Under the pieces are notes generated by a model that did no database searches, was not told where the DNA came from, and was given only the letters and a program-made list of their open reading frames with translations. A program made the translations under genes and the position numbers. DNA of 64,000 nt from an uncultured Gammaproteobacteria bacterium (GTDB taxonomy: Bacteria; Pseudomonadota; Gammaproteobacteria; UBA9214), in the NCBI GenBank assembly GCA_963773065.1, contig CAVYZN010000022.1:13113-77112 (forward strand), read 5' to 3'. Every line of letters starts with the position of its first letter. Positions within the stretch are counted from its first letter, which is position 1. Positions 13,038 through 24,690 of this stretch are shown in pieces.

Positions 13038-13090
13038 GAAGGGGGATGCATTTCTGATCTGCTTGCCTGACCAAAAATGCAACCCCCTTC
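13038..13090. terminator. Hairpin between convergent genes
   Basis: gaagggggatgcattt ... aaatgcaacccccttc inverted repeat. Confidence 0.5.
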
Positions 13091-13171
13091 ATGCAATCGG
13101 ACATGCGTGCCAGGTGTGATCTGGCCATTTAATTTCTGCCCCTCTCCCGCACTCCGAGTGCTGCTATCCCA

Positions 13172-13612
13172 TTAGGCCGCGACCTGAGTGTCACCACTGA
13201 CTTTCCGTATCAACGGGTACAGTTGCTCGGTCTCATCCTGTATGCGATTCAGCACCAGGCGGAACATATCTTCTGTCTCTCTGACAAAGGCTTGATGATC
13301 CCTGATGACCATCGCCCGCTTCTTGCACCATTTATGCAGATACGTTTCAAAGATGCGCTTGATCTCCGCAGACCCCGATATAAACTGTTTGGCGGTATTG
13401 TTAACCGCGCGTTCCTTGTGATTGAGCAACGCGGCATATAAATGCCTGTCCTCAAAATCCAAATGCCCTTTCACCTGATCCACGTACTGGAAAAACAGGT
13501 CACAAGTAACTTCGTTGTCGCACAGTGACCTGTCCTGTATCACGTTCTGCAGCACTTTGGAAAGTTCCATAATCTTGTGATTCTGGGTGTTCAGTTCTTC
13601 AAAAGTAATCAT
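13172..13612 (-). CDS. Hemerythrin-like (HHE cation-binding) protein
   Basis: All-helical 146 aa with QNH, HLDFED..LY and RIQDETEQLYP motifs. Confidence 0.7.
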   Translation of the reverse strand: MITFEELNTQNHKIMELSKVLQNVIQDRSLCDNEVTCDLFFQYVDQVKGHLDFEDRHLYAALLNHKERAVNNTAKQFISGSAEIKRIFETYLHKWCKKRAMVIRDHQAFVRETEDMFRLVLNRIQDETEQLYPLIRKVSGDTQVAA

Positions 13613-13859
13613 GTCAGATCCCCTGAAAAATATTCTGTCTGTCAGTAACCAGCCAATATGCCAAGCACCCGAACCACGGCCTTAAGGATCCAGCAACGCC
13701 CGGGCAAGGATAGATATCCTGCCGGCGGTACCGGATTATCCAGAGGATAGAATTGCAGGCATACAGGGTCAATAATATTCAATTAATCAGATAGTTATAA
13801 TACGTTAATATGCCCAGAATGCAGTGGGTCTGGAGTAGCGCCAGTGCGCGCCAACGCCA

Positions 13860-15188
13860 GCTAGGCAACTGAGGCGCGGTACCGTGTGACAAGACCGCGA
13901 TCGGCGATCATGATTGATCTGATCCCCGCGCAGCATCAAAGTCAGCAGCACGGGACTGACGGCGTGCTGGGTCAGGCGGGCGACACCGCAGAGCAGCAAG
14001 GGACGGCTGGTGATCGCCACGGCGCGCCACGGGTGCGCCAGGCGCACATCCAGCCCACCAGTGTAGATGAGCGCCACCGCCGCGCGAGAGGTGCAGCGTC
14101 CAGGTCATGCGTGGTGTAGCCGCCCAGCCCACTGGTCCAGTCGTCGAAGCCATCTCGCACGGCCGACCGGTACAACTGGCGATGGCCCACACGGGTAGTC
14201 GCGTCGTCACCAGGATCGCGTCCCAGAGTTGAGGTCATCCGCGGCGTCGGCGAAGAACAACGTGTTGGCCTCGCCACGTGGTCGTTCGGCCACGACACCG
14301 CCTGAGCGCGCCGCACACCACCACCGCGCGCCGGCCCAACCGGCGAGCTGAGTTGGGCCCCACCGCGTCGAAGCCTGCCACCGCTGCCAGTAGGAGCGAC
14401 CATAAAAAAAAAAAGCCGCCGATCAGCAGGCGCAGACGGGGCAGGCTGTGTTGGCGGCATGGGATTGCCGCCTTGCACTCAACATCGAGCACGAGGCGCA
14501 TCGTGCCAATCCAGTAGGTATGCAGGACATGGCTGGGACGCCCCGGCTCCTGGGGTGTAGCTCACCTCGGCGCCATCCTGGTGGCCGTACAGCAACTTGA
14601 TGGTGGTGTCCGTGTCGAGAATCCAGGGAGTGCGCAGGGCTTCGCGGGTACTCTCGGCCAGGGCCGTGTCCATCCAGGCGGTGCTCTTCGCCAGTTGAGC
14701 GGCGCGGGCAGCCCGTTCGTCTTCGCCGCAGCGTTTGTTCTGACTCGGCGCCAGATGTGCCAGTGCGCGGCGCAGGCTTTCATCACTGATGATCTTGTTC
14801 ATGCCTAGAATCTGTGGCGCGACCTCGTCCCTGCGCAGTCCGGCCACGTGCGCATAGCGCCGTTGTCCATCCAGTATCGACAACAGCCAGGTGCCAAGAA
14901 CGTTCACCACAGCGGGGGCGTTGGGGCTGGTGTAGGACATCGGACACCCTTCCGCCAGCGGGCGAATAACCCCGAGACTTCCAGAAACTCGGCAAAGAAC
15001 GCCAACTGCCCCAGGGCCGTGGCACTTCCACCTTTGTCCCAGCGGACGTGAAACCGGCCACCGGGGGTGGTAAGGCGCAGTTCCTGCGCCGCTCGCTCCT
15101 GTTCCTGCAAAACAGTAGCAACCGCCTTTACCAGCGCTTTCTGTTCAAATTCCAGTTCACCCATTGGGTGAGCCTCCTCATCGACCAT
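13860..15188 (-). mobile_element. Heavily disrupted IS1380-family transposase
   Basis: Fragments across frames: GQLAFFAEFL, YTSPNAP, WILDTDTTIKLLYGHQDGA, GGYTTHDL, AITSRPLLL. Confidence 0.7.
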
Positions 15189-15433
15189 AAACCCGCATCA
15201 GTGCTGAGTTTGCAGCAGTCTTAGCATGTTCAACAGAGGGTTTATTCCTTTACACCGCTATCAACCGCGCCTGCCTACGCCATCGCTCAACTGATAGGCG
15301 CTTCTGTGGTTACTTCTGGTTAACGTTCACCGAGTATAATAGGCGCCACTGTCGGGGTGGACTATTATTGGCGGCACTCCCTTGTATCCGGGACGCAGTT
15401 TAGGCGGGCAGGCCGCCGGTGAAAGAGGACCAT

Positions 15434-15940
15434 ATGCCGAATCTTAGAACACTCTATGCTCTTGGCTTCATAATGTGCGTTGTGATGATGGGTGCCGCTC
15501 TTTTTTACTTTCAGCGCTTTCTGGGACTCGAACCGTGTCCGCTGTGCATACTCCAGCGCGTTGTCGTTATCGCACTGGGCATGGTGCTGCTGGTAGCGGC
15601 CATCCACGGCCCGATCGGCTGGGGCAATCGGATCTATGGCGGGCTGATCATGCTTGTCGCCGGCTGCGGCGCTGCGGTTGCCGGACGACATGTCTGGCTG
15701 CAAAGCCTGCCTGCCGACCAGGTACCTGAATGCGGCCCCGCCCTGGACTACATATTGCAGGTCTTTCCCCTCAGCGAGGCATTGCAACTCGTGCTGCGCG
15801 GCTCCGGGGAATGCGCGAAGGTGGAATGGCAATTTCTCGGCCTCAGCATCCCCGGCTGGACGCTGATCGCCTTCAGCGGTTTCATCCTGTTTGGCCTCAT
15901 GCTGCTGCTGCATCACAGCAGTGACCGACCGGCACGGTGA
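15434..15940 (+). CDS. dsbB: Disulfide bond formation protein B
   Basis: LEPCPLCILQR, RHVWLQ, second Cys pair (ECGP...GECA), FLGLSIPGW. Confidence 0.93.
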   Translation: MPNLRTLYALGFIMCVVMMGAALFYFQRFLGLEPCPLCILQRVVVIALGMVLLVAAIHGPIGWGNRIYGGLIMLVAGCGAAVAGRHVWLQSLPADQVPECGPALDYILQVFPLSEALQLVLRGSGECAKVEWQFLGLSIPGWTLIAFSGFILFGLMLLLHHSSDRPAR

Positions 15941-16001
15941 CATGGACGACACCCACCACCGCTGTAACGCCTGGACAATGACGACTGTATGTAGCTAAGG
16001 C

Positions 16002-16388
16002 TCAGTGCTTCCTGCCAATCAACTCAATTGGATATCCGTCCGGGTCTTCGATAAAGGCAATGATGGTGGTGCCGGCATTCATCGGACCGGCATCGCGAAT
16101 GATCTTGCCACCGCGACTACGCAGTTCCTCAACCGCCTCATAGACATCATCGACCTCGATGGCGATATGGCCATAGCCTGAACCGAGATCGTAACGGTCA
16201 GTATCCCAGTTGTAAGTGAGTTCGATAACGGTGTTTTCGGATTCGTCGCCGTAACCGACGAACGCGAGGGTGAACCTGCCGTCCGGATAGTCCTTCCGGC
16301 GCAGGAGTTTCATGCCGAGGACATTGGTATAGAAGTCAATGGAGCGCTGCAGATTGCCGACGCGCAGCATGGTGTGCAGAAGTCTCAT
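16002..16388 (-). CDS. gloA: Lactoylglutathione lyase (glyoxalase I)
   Basis: [35 protein letters not shown]. Confidence 0.96.
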   Translation of the reverse strand: MRLLHTMLRVGNLQRSIDFYTNVLGMKLLRRKDYPDGRFTLAFVGYGDESENTVIELTYNWDTDRYDLGSGYGHIAIEVDDVYEAVEELRSRGGKIIRDAGPMNAGTTIIAFIEDPDGYPIELIGRKH

Positions 16389-16607
16389 TGCGTCATTTCT
16401 TGAATACCTGATTTCACAGTGTAGTGTCGCGGGCAACCCCGTTCACTGATGAAACCATGCGTGTGTGGCATGCCGTCGGCAGACTGGAACCTGACTGGTC
16501 TCCACCCCACCCTCTTGATGAGAGGGGTCGATACGGCCGCCTTTCGCACAGTCTGGATGCGCCGTGTTCCAGTCATTCCGGAGCACCCTGTCCAGGCGCG
16601 CAGCAGC

Positions 16608-17390
16608 TTATTTGGTTTTAGCTCCCCCCACCGGAGATCCCCCCGCCGGAGAATAAGGCTTCCATTCAGTGGCTGTTTCCGGTTGGGGTTTCTTGCTCTC
16701 TGCGACGTACTTGTTTTCGGAACAGAAAATGTAGGGCGAAGTACCCTCCGTGCTGACATAGGTGATAAGGCAGTTCTGTGCGTTACCCTGATCGACGATC
16801 TTCCGGACGATGAGGTCGCCTTCTCTCAGATAGCTGTCTTGCACCATACCTCCCTTGACCCCGCTCTGATTGGTATAGCATGTCAATGAGGGTGCGGTCC
16901 CGCCCGTACTAACATAGGCAATAAGGCAGCTCTTGTTGCTGTCCTGATCCACGATCCTGTAGATATCAAGATCACCTTCCCGCAAGTGCCCACTGCTCTC
17001 GATTTCTTCCTTGGCAACATGCCTGCTTTCATAACAGTTAATGACCGGCGAAGTACCCGGAGTACTGACATAGGCTACCAGGCAGGAGACGTTATTGACG
17101 GAATCCTTAATCTTTCGAACAACCAGTTGTCCTTCCTTGAAATGCCCTACCTGGCTGATGTTGGAACGATACCCAGATGTCGCCTGATAACAACTCATAA
17201 CGGGGCTTGTGCCGGTGGTGCGGACGTAGAAGGCAAGGCAGATCTTACTGTCTTCGAGGTCCGTGATGGTACGGACAATCAAGTCGCTTTCGCGCAACTT
17301 GCCGGTTTGCACCAGCAGCGTGGATTGGTAATCGGCAGCCAGACAACCCAGCGGCAGACCAATTAACAGAAAAACAAGTAGCCTCTTCAT
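16608..17390 (-). CDS. Secreted hypothetical protein with four ~50-aa Cys-pair repeats
   Basis: Signal peptide; four copies of LREGDLxVRxIxD-x5-CL-x2-YVSTxGTSP-x3-C. Confidence 0.8.
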   Translation of the reverse strand: MKRLLVFLLIGLPLGCLAADYQSTLLVQTGKLRESDLIVRTITDLEDSKICLAFYVRTTGTSPVMSCYQATSGYRSNISQVGHFKEGQLVVRKIKDSVNNVSCLVAYVSTPGTSPVINCYESRHVAKEEIESSGHLREGDLDIYRIVDQDSNKSCLIAYVSTGGTAPSLTCYTNQSGVKGGMVQDSYLREGDLIVRKIVDQGNAQNCLITYVSTEGTSPYIFCSENKYVAESKKPQPETATEWKPYSPAGGSPVGGAKTK

Positions 17391-17836
17391 GCATACCCCC
17401 TTCAGATCATTTGATTTGCATCTAAAAAACCAGTCACCTATCCGGAAATTCTATCCTCTGTATACTTTCTATAAGACAAGTGAGTTGAAAGCAACACCCT
17501 CATGCCCCTTAACATTGCCCATTTCCCCGGCACAGCCCTGTTTTCGATATCCCGTGATTCCCGGCATTTTGTTTCTATAAAGATATAACCATATCTTATT
17601 CATAAAGATTATCATGCATTATGGTTGTAAATCACGCAGTATGGTTGTATATATTAATTAAATAAATAGTGGTTTATGTTTAAAATTGGTTGAATTAATT
17701 TCAACCCGTGCTTGTTGCAAGGTTCACCTCCAGGCGTGTGACTTTGCCGTCAGATAGCCCGGAAGCCCTGGTTGTCAGGGGTGAAATAACTATACGGATT
17801 TCGGCTTTTCATTATTTGAGTGGAGGTAACGGTACG

Positions 17837-18204
17837 GTGAAGCGGAAAATAATTATTTCGGTAGCGGCCCTTGGCTTGGCAGGCTTGGCGGCGGCCAATG
17901 TCGCACAGGCGTTCAATTTCGGCAATATGATGAACCCGTCCCGTTGGTTCGACAGTGACCGCGATCGTTACATGGCCGGGGTTATGACCGGGGTTATTAC
18001 GGTGGCTATGGTGGTGGTCCCTATGGCTATGGTGGCCCTTATGGTGGTGGTTGGGGTGGCCCATATGGTGGTGGTTGGGGTGGCCTTATGGTGGCGTGGG
18101 GTGGATACGGTCCCTATGGTGGTTATGGTGGTGGCTATCCAAGCACCATCGTGGTGAGTCCTTCGACCGAGGGCAGCAAGGCCCCACCCAGGATGCCCGA
18201 GTAA
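17837..18204 (+). CDS. Secreted Gly/Tyr/Trp-rich protein, sulfur-globule-protein-like (paralog 3; indels)
   Basis: RBS ggagg, GTG start, signal peptide ending AQA, FNFGNMMNPSRW, GGPYGGGWG repeats, end APPRMPE*. Confidence 0.75.
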
Positions 18205-18260
18205 AGTCGCTGGGAAGTCAAATCAGCCTCGGCCACCGGCGGGAAATCCCCGGCTGAATC

Positions 18261-18296
18261 AAAAAACCAACCGGTCAAACCCGGTTGGTTTTTTTT
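18261..18296. terminator. Bidirectional Rho-independent terminator
   Basis: aaaaaaccaaccgg-tcaaac-ccggttggtttttttt. Confidence 0.88.
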
Positions 18297-18454
18297 GATC
18301 CCTGGCCAGAATTACCTGTGTTACAGCTAGCCGGCTCTCCTTGTTTCGTTATTATGTTGTCGCTTGAACTCGCAGCGGCAGTCATTCCAATCGTTTCATG
18401 ATTACCGCGACGTATTGATCTCGTTTGCCCGCCAGTCATGACAGAATGGCGGGT

Positions 18455-19666
18455 TCACCGGGCGCGCCGGGATGCAATGCGCATGCGTAGTGCGTTGAGC
18501 CGGATAAAACCTTCGGCATCCTTCTGATTATAGGCGCCGGCGTCTTCCTCGAAGGTCGCGATGCGTGCGTCGAACAGGCTGTCGGTTACGGACTGACGGC
18601 CCACGAGGGTGACACCGCCCTTGTAGAGCTTCAACCGCACTTTGCCGTTGATGCGTTCCTGCGAGGCGTCGATCAATTCCTGCAGCAGCTTGCGTTCCGG
18701 GCTCCACCAGTAACCATTGTAAATCAGGCTGGCGTAACGCGGCATGAGTTCGTCTTTCAGATGCGCGGCTTCACGATCCAGGGTAAGCGACTCCATGGCG
18801 CGGTGCGCCTTGAGCAGTATGGTGCCCGCCGGTGTCTCGTAACAGCCACGGGACTTCATGCCGACATAGCGGTTCTCTACGATGTCGGTGCGACCGATTC
18901 CGTTTGCCCCGCCGATATGGTTCAGGGTTTCCATCACCTGCGCCGCGCTCATGGACTTGCCATCGATCGCGACGGCATCACCTTTTTCGAAATCAATCTC
19001 GACGTAGGTCGGTGTATCCGGAGCCTTCTCGGGTGATACCGTCCACAGCCACATGTCCTCCTCCGGCTCCACCCAGGGGTCTTCCAGAATGCCGCCTTCG
19101 TAGGAGATATGCAGCAAATTGGCATCCATGGAATACGGCGATTTCCTGCTTTTCTTGTGCTCGACCGGGATACCGTACTTGTCGGCATAGGCGAGCAGCG
19201 TTTCCCTGGAGGTCAGATGCCACTCGCGCCATGGCGCGATGATCCTGATATCCGGCTTGAGCGCATAGGCGCCCAGTTCAAATCGCACCTGGTCGTTGCC
19301 CTTGCCGGTTGCACCATGGGCGATGGCGTCGGCACCGGTCTCTTCCGCGATCTCAACCAGCCGTTTCGCGATCAGGGGACGCGCGATCGAGGTGCCGAGG
19401 AGATATTCACCCTCGTACAGGGTATTGGCGCGGAACATCGGAAACACATAATCGCGTACGAACTCTTCCTTGAGATCCTCGATATGGACTTCCTTGACGC
19501 CCATCGCCCTGGCCTTGGCACGCGCCGGCTCAATCTCCTCGCCTTGCCCGATATCGGCGGTAAAGGTGACCACCTCGCAGTCATAGGTCTCTTCCAGCCA
19601 TTTGAGGATGACGGAGGTGTCGAGGCCGCCGGAGTAGGCCAGTACAACTTTATTGATAGTGGACAT
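18455..19666 (-). CDS. argG: Argininosuccinate synthase
   Basis: [47 protein letters not shown]. Confidence 0.97.
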   Translation of the reverse strand: MSTINKVVLAYSGGLDTSVILKWLEETYDCEVVTFTADIGQGEEIEPARAKARAMGVKEVHIEDLKEEFVRDYVFPMFRANTLYEGEYLLGTSIARPLIAKRLVEIAEETGADAIAHGATGKGNDQVRFELGAYALKPDIRIIAPWREWHLTSRETLLAYADKYGIPVEHKKSRKSPYSMDANLLHISYEGGILEDPWVEPEEDMWLWTVSPEKAPDTPTYVEIDFEKGDAVAIDGKSMSAAQVMETLNHIGGANGIGRTDIVENRYVGMKSRGCYETPAGTILLKAHRAMESLTLDREAAHLKDELMPRYASLIYNGYWWSPERKLLQELIDASQERINGKVRLKLYKGGVTLVGRQSVTDSLFDARIATFEEDAGAYNQKDAEGFIRLNALRMRIASRRAR

Positions 19667-19668
19667 AA

Positions 19669-22354
19669 TTAGTTAACCCCGGTTGTCTTCTTGCTGCGGC
19701 GCAGGCGCGACAGCAGGCGACGCGCCATGTCGCCAAAAAGTTCGGTCTGGGTCGGGTGCGGGTGTATGGCCCCGGCGACCTGTTCCAGCGTCATGTTGCC
19801 GGCGACCATCATCACAGCCTCGCCGATCAGGGTGTCGGCATGGTCAGCCAGGAAATGCACGCCGACCACGCGGTGCGTCGCCTTGTCGGCCACGATCTTG
19901 ATCATGCCATGCTGTTCGTTGTTGATCATCGCCTTGGCATCGATGTTCATCGGCACCTTCACCTCCACGGCATCGATACCCTTGGCCTTCGCCTGGTCAA
20001 GCGACAGGCCGACGAAGGCGGCCTGCGGACGGCTGAAGATGACGCCGCAATCCCTGTCCTGCTCGTATTTCATGTTCTCGCCGAGGATAGTGGCGGCCGC
20101 CACCCGCCCCTGCTGCCCCGCGGTGTGTGCGAGCATCAGCCCGCCGATGACATCACCGATGGCGAAGATATGCGGCACATTGGTGCGGCAGCGGGCATCG
20201 GCCGTCACGACACCGCGGTCACTGGCTACCCCGGCGTTATGCGAGATTCAGGCCATCGAGCACGGGGCGCTTGCCGGTCGCCATGATGACGTAATCCACC
20301 CCGAGGTTGCGGTTCTTGCCATCCGCACCCGTAAAGGCAACTTTCATGGCGCCCGGTTGACCGGAGATCCGGTTCACGGTCGCCGAGGTATGCACCTCGA
20401 GACGCGGCTCCTCGGCGAGGATGCCGGCGAGGCTCGCGGCGATCTCCGCTTCGACCTCGGCCAGGATGCGCTCCTGCGCCTCGATGAGCGTGACCTTGCT
20501 GCCGAAGTCCTGGAAAATCTGCGCCATCTCCACGCCGATTGCCCCGGCGCCGATTACGGCGAGCCGCTTCGGCGGATGGTCCAGGCCCCAGACGGTATCG
20601 GAGGTCAGTACGCCGCCGCTCTCCAGCCCTTCCCGCGCGCCGGGTATCGGCGGCACGAACGGCGGCGCGCCGGTGGCGATGACGGCACATCCGAAACTGA
20701 GCGTCCGGGACGCCTTGTGAGTCGGTATGGCCGCGCGGCTGTGCGGGTCGTCCTGGTTGCTGCTGGTATTGATCGCCACGTGGTGTTGATCGACAAACTG
20801 GCCGAAGCCATGCAGGTAGGTGATCTTCACGCCCTTGTCGGTCTTGAGCGCCATGTCGCCGCGGGTCTCCAGCACGCGGCGGAGGGTCTTTCTCCAGATC
20901 CTTCCAGACCAGTTTGGCGCCGGCGGTTCCGGTCACGCCCAGGTGCTTGTCTTCGGCCCGGTCGCGAAGCCGATCCGCCGCCGCCCGCCAGGCCTTGGAA
21001 GGGATGCAGCCGCGCCACAGGCACTCACCGCCCGGGAGGGGAGCATCGTTGATCAGGGTGACCTTCAGGCCATGGCCGGCCAGCTCGCGCGCGCAGTCTT
21101 CACCGCCCGGCCCGCCGCCGATGACCACGACATCATAATCCCAGTCACCGGCCGGGATTACCGCGCCGCCGAGGCCCATCCAGTCGAACGGCTGCTCGAT
21201 CAGGCCTTTCAGTGAATAGAGATACTTCGCGACATCCGCGCCGTTTACCACGCGGTGATCGCCCGTAATGGTAAAGGCGCTGCCCTGTTCCGTATCGGAT
21301 GCGATGGCCAGGATCGCCGCCAGTCCCGGCGTGGCGATGGCATCGAATTGATTGACACCGAACATGCCCATGTTGGATATCTGGAAGGTGGCGCCGGTAA
21401 ATTCCTCGGGGTTGAGGCGGCGGCTGCGCGCACGCTCGATGAGGGCCTTCCAGTCGTTATTCAGCTCGGTCAGCCCGCGCGCCTCGCAGTTGCGCAGTAT
21501 GGGCACCACCAGGCCGCCGTCATCGGCCGCGACCGCCATGCCGATATCGACCTGCTCACGCTCGATCAGCCGGTACTCCGGCTGATAGCACCAATTGAGC
21601 TTCGGGTGATCCTTCATCGCCAGCGCGCAGGCGCGCGCGATCGCCACGGTGACCGACACACCGGCCTGTTTGGCGGCCGCGATCAGGGTAGCCAGGCGGA
21701 TATGGGAAGTGACGTGGAAAGTCGGCATGACGATCGAGAACGACATCGCCTGCGCGATGGCCTTCTCCATGGATTTCATGGGACGGCCATTGCCCGGAAC
21801 CGCGACTTCATAGGGCGCGGGTGCGCGCTGGATATCGGCCGCGGTGATGACGCCCCCCGGGCCGGTGCCGATCAGGCGGTCGAGGTCGACATGCCGCTGG
21901 CCGGCGAGTTTGCGCGCCAGCGGCGAGGACTTGATGCCCTGCGGGCGCGGTACGGGCGCGGCGTCCGCTGGCGTGGCCGGAACCGGTTGGCCCGCGGCGG
22001 CAACGGCCGCCGCCGGAGCGGCCGGTAATGGCGCGCGCACGGCGGGGGGCGGTCATGAGTCGCCGCGGACTTCGCGGTGGGTTCTCCCGTGCCCTCGACG
22101 ACCTCCTCTTTTGTATCCACGATATAGCCGATCGGGTGCGTCACCGGCACGACGGCGTCGACGGGAGCGATCGGCCCGGAGAGGAATCCGTCGCGGAACA
22201 CTTCAACGTCCATGATAGCCTTATCGGTTTCCACGGTGGCGACGATGTCGCCGCGCCTGATCTCATCGCCGATGTTTTTTTCCCAACTGACGATGACGCC
22301 CTCCGTCATGGTGTCGGAAAGCTGGGGCATCTTGATCACATAGGGTTCAGACAT
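19669..22354 (-). CDS. Fused pyruvate dehydrogenase E2-E3 (lipoyl, subunit-binding, acetyltransferase and dihydrolipoamide dehydrogenase domains); several apparent frameshifts
   Basis: VETDKA lipoyl motif; SSPLARKLA; DHRVVNGA followed in the same frame by [10 protein letters not shown] and [13 protein letters not shown]; C-terminal IHPHPTQTE. Confidence 0.85.
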
Positions 22355-22516
22355 GAAATATTCCGTTCAGAATCCATCCAGCCATATGCCGGATACACAA
22401 ATTCGAGGCCCGCGGTAACGTACCGCCCGTTAAACAACCGCCGCGCTGACATGGGACATACGCCGGCATGCCGACTCCCGCCGGGTGTCATGTTGCCCAC
22501 ACAATCCGGCCGGGCT

Positions 22517-23497
22517 TCAAGCGCCAAACATCGCCCGCACGGCGTCCACCACAGCCTTGGCGTCCGGCAAGGCCGCTTTTTCCAGTTTATGGTTGTAGGG
22601 AACCGGTAAGTTCAATGCGGAAACGCGCAGCGGCGCCGCGTCCAGTTCGAAGAAACACTCCTCGTTGATGATCGCCATCACCTCGGCGCCGACGCCGACC
22701 GCCGGTTCGGACTCTTCCACGATCACGGCGCGGTGCGTGCGGGTGACCGAATCGCGTATGCCCGCACGGTCGAGCGGACTCAGCGCGTAGAGGTCGATGA
22801 CCTCCGCCTCGATGCCGTAATTCCTGGCCAGCGTTTCCGCCGCCTGCAGACACCAGTGCACGGAGATGTTGTAGCCGAACAGCGTCACGTCGCGTCCCGG
22901 GCGGGCGATCTCGGAGCCTTCGAGCGGGTGGAAGAATTCCTCATCCGGCACCTCGCCCTTCATGTTGTACATGCGCTCGTGCTCGTTGATGAACACCGGG
23001 TCATTGCAGCGCACGGCCGACTTGATCAGTCCGTAGGCTTGGCGCGGGTTCGACGGCGTCACCACGCGCAGGCCCGCAATGCCCATGAAGACTTTCTCCA
23101 TGCGCGCCGAGTGCTGCGAACCGAGCTGGTGTGCCGTGCCGCCGGGCGAACGTATGACCACGGGCGCCGCCAACTGGCCGCCCGACATGTAACGCACCTT
23201 GGCCGCCGTGTTGAATATCTGGTCCATGGCCAGCCAGGCGAAATTGACCGACATGATTTCGATGATCGGCCGGGCCCCGAGGAAGGAGGCGCCGATGCCC
23301 AGACCGGTGAAGCCGTTCTCGGAAATCGGCGTATCGACGACGCGTTGCTCGCCGTATTTCTTGTACAATCCCTGTGTGGCCTTGTAGGTGCCGCCGGCGA
23401 CGCCGATGTCCTCGCCCATCAGCAATACCATGGGATCGTTGGCCAGCTCTTCATCCTGGGCGCGGCGTATCGCCTCCCAGTACATCATTTCAGCCAT
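22517..23497 (-). CDS. pdhB: Pyruvate dehydrogenase E1 beta subunit
   Basis: MGEDIG, VVDTPISE, IEIMSVNF, AHQLGSQHS. Confidence 0.92.
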   Translation of the reverse strand: MAEMMYWEAIRRAQDEELANDPMVLLMGEDIGVAGGTYKATQGLYKKYGEQRVVDTPISENGFTGLGIGASFLGARPIIEIMSVNFAWLAMDQIFNTAAKVRYMSGGQLAAPVVIRSPGGTAHQLGSQHSARMEKVFMGIAGLRVVTPSNPRQAYGLIKSAVRCNDPVFINEHERMYNMKGEVPDEEFFHPLEGSEIARPGRDVTLFGYNISVHWCLQAAETLARNYGIEAEVIDLYALSPLDRAGIRDSVTRTHRAVIVEESEPAVGVGAEVMAIINEECFFELDAAPLRVSALNLPVPYNHKLEKAALPDAKAVVDAVRAMFGA

Positions 23498-24489
23498 CAG
23501 CGCACCCCGCCTTTGACCCAGGGATCGTTTTCCGCCAGCACGTATTTTTCTACATCGGCTACATCCGGCTCGGGTGAGCGTTCTGCGAACGCGATAACCC
23601 GGTTCTCGATCTCATCCAGGACTTCGGTATCCATGTCCTTGTAGTCACGCAGGGTCAGTTGGCCCGCATCGATCAGCCGGTCACGCAGCATGATGACCGG
23701 ATCGCGCTTGCTCCACATGCGCTCCTCGGTCTTGGCGCGATAGGCGTTGGAATCCGACATGGAATGACCGCGGTAGCGGTAGGTCATGAGCTCCAGGAAA
23801 TAGGGGCCGTTGCCGGAACGGACGTGCTTGATCGCCTTGGTGGCCGCCTTGTAAACCAGTTCTACATCCTGGCCGTCCTCCTGTGCGGAGGGAATATTGT
23901 AGCCCGATACGCGCTTGTACTGATCCACCACGGCGGTGGAGCGTTCGATGCGGGTACCGATGCCGTAGAGGTTGTTCTCGCAGACATACAGCACCGGCAA
24001 ATTCCAGAGCTTCGCCATGTTCAGCGATTCGTGGAAGGTGCCCTGATTATTGGCGGCATCCCCGAGAAAGCAGATGCAGATCTCGTCGCCGCCTTTCATC
24101 TGGATCGCCTTGGCGATGCCGGCCGCCAGCGGAAACGGGCCGCCGACCAGGGCATAGCCGCCCATGAAATGTTTCTTCACGTCGAAGATGTGCATGGAAC
24201 CGCCGCGTCCCTTGCAGACGCCGGTTTCCTTAGCATACAGTTCGGCCATGATTTCCTGCGGGTCCGCACCCGATTTGATCGCGTGTACGTGATCGCGATA
24301 ACTGGTGATCACGTAGTCATGACCGATCTGGGCGGCCTCCAGCACACCAAAGGCGCAGGCTTCCTCACCCGGATACAGGTGCAGGAAACCGCCGATCTTG
24401 CGCTCGACATACGCCTCATAACAACGCTCCTCGAAGCGCCGGGCAAACAGCATTTCACGCAACACGCGTTTTTTATCCGCAACCTTCAT
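23497..24489 (-). CDS. pdhA: Pyruvate dehydrogenase E1 alpha subunit
   Basis: IGGFLHLY, YRDH, KGRGGSMH, GDAANNQG...ENN TPP motif, TYRYRGHSMSD. Confidence 0.93.
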   Translation of the reverse strand: MKVADKKRVLREMLFARRFEERCYEAYVERKIGGFLHLYPGEEACAFGVLEAAQIGHDYVITSYRDHVHAIKSGADPQEIMAELYAKETGVCKGRGGSMHIFDVKKHFMGGYALVGGPFPLAAGIAKAIQMKGGDEICICFLGDAANNQGTFHESLNMAKLWNLPVLYVCENNLYGIGTRIERSTAVVDQYKRVSGYNIPSAQEDGQDVELVYKAATKAIKHVRSGNGPYFLELMTYRYRGHSMSDSNAYRAKTEERMWSKRDPVIMLRDRLIDAGQLTLRDYKDMDTEVLDEIENRVIAFAERSPEPDVADVEKYVLAENDPWVKGGVR

Positions 24490-24690
24490 GGTGATGGTTT
24501 CTTTGCTTGGTCAAAATGACAAGATGGTGAGGTTTCAGTCCCTTGGCAAAAAAGCCGGCTCAGCTTTTCCAATACAGATGGCAGCCCTGGGCATGGCCCT
24601 CTCCCCGGAGTTATCGGGAGACGGCAGTACCGGTATCACGACAAGCGCGATATGATCAGCGTTTTGCGTTAACAGGTCAAGGCTAACAGC

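Noticed and set aside
14395-14420. Poly-A tract as a retroelement or regulatory signal
   Set aside because: It lies inside the scrambled IS1380 region, most likely low-quality consensus sequence.
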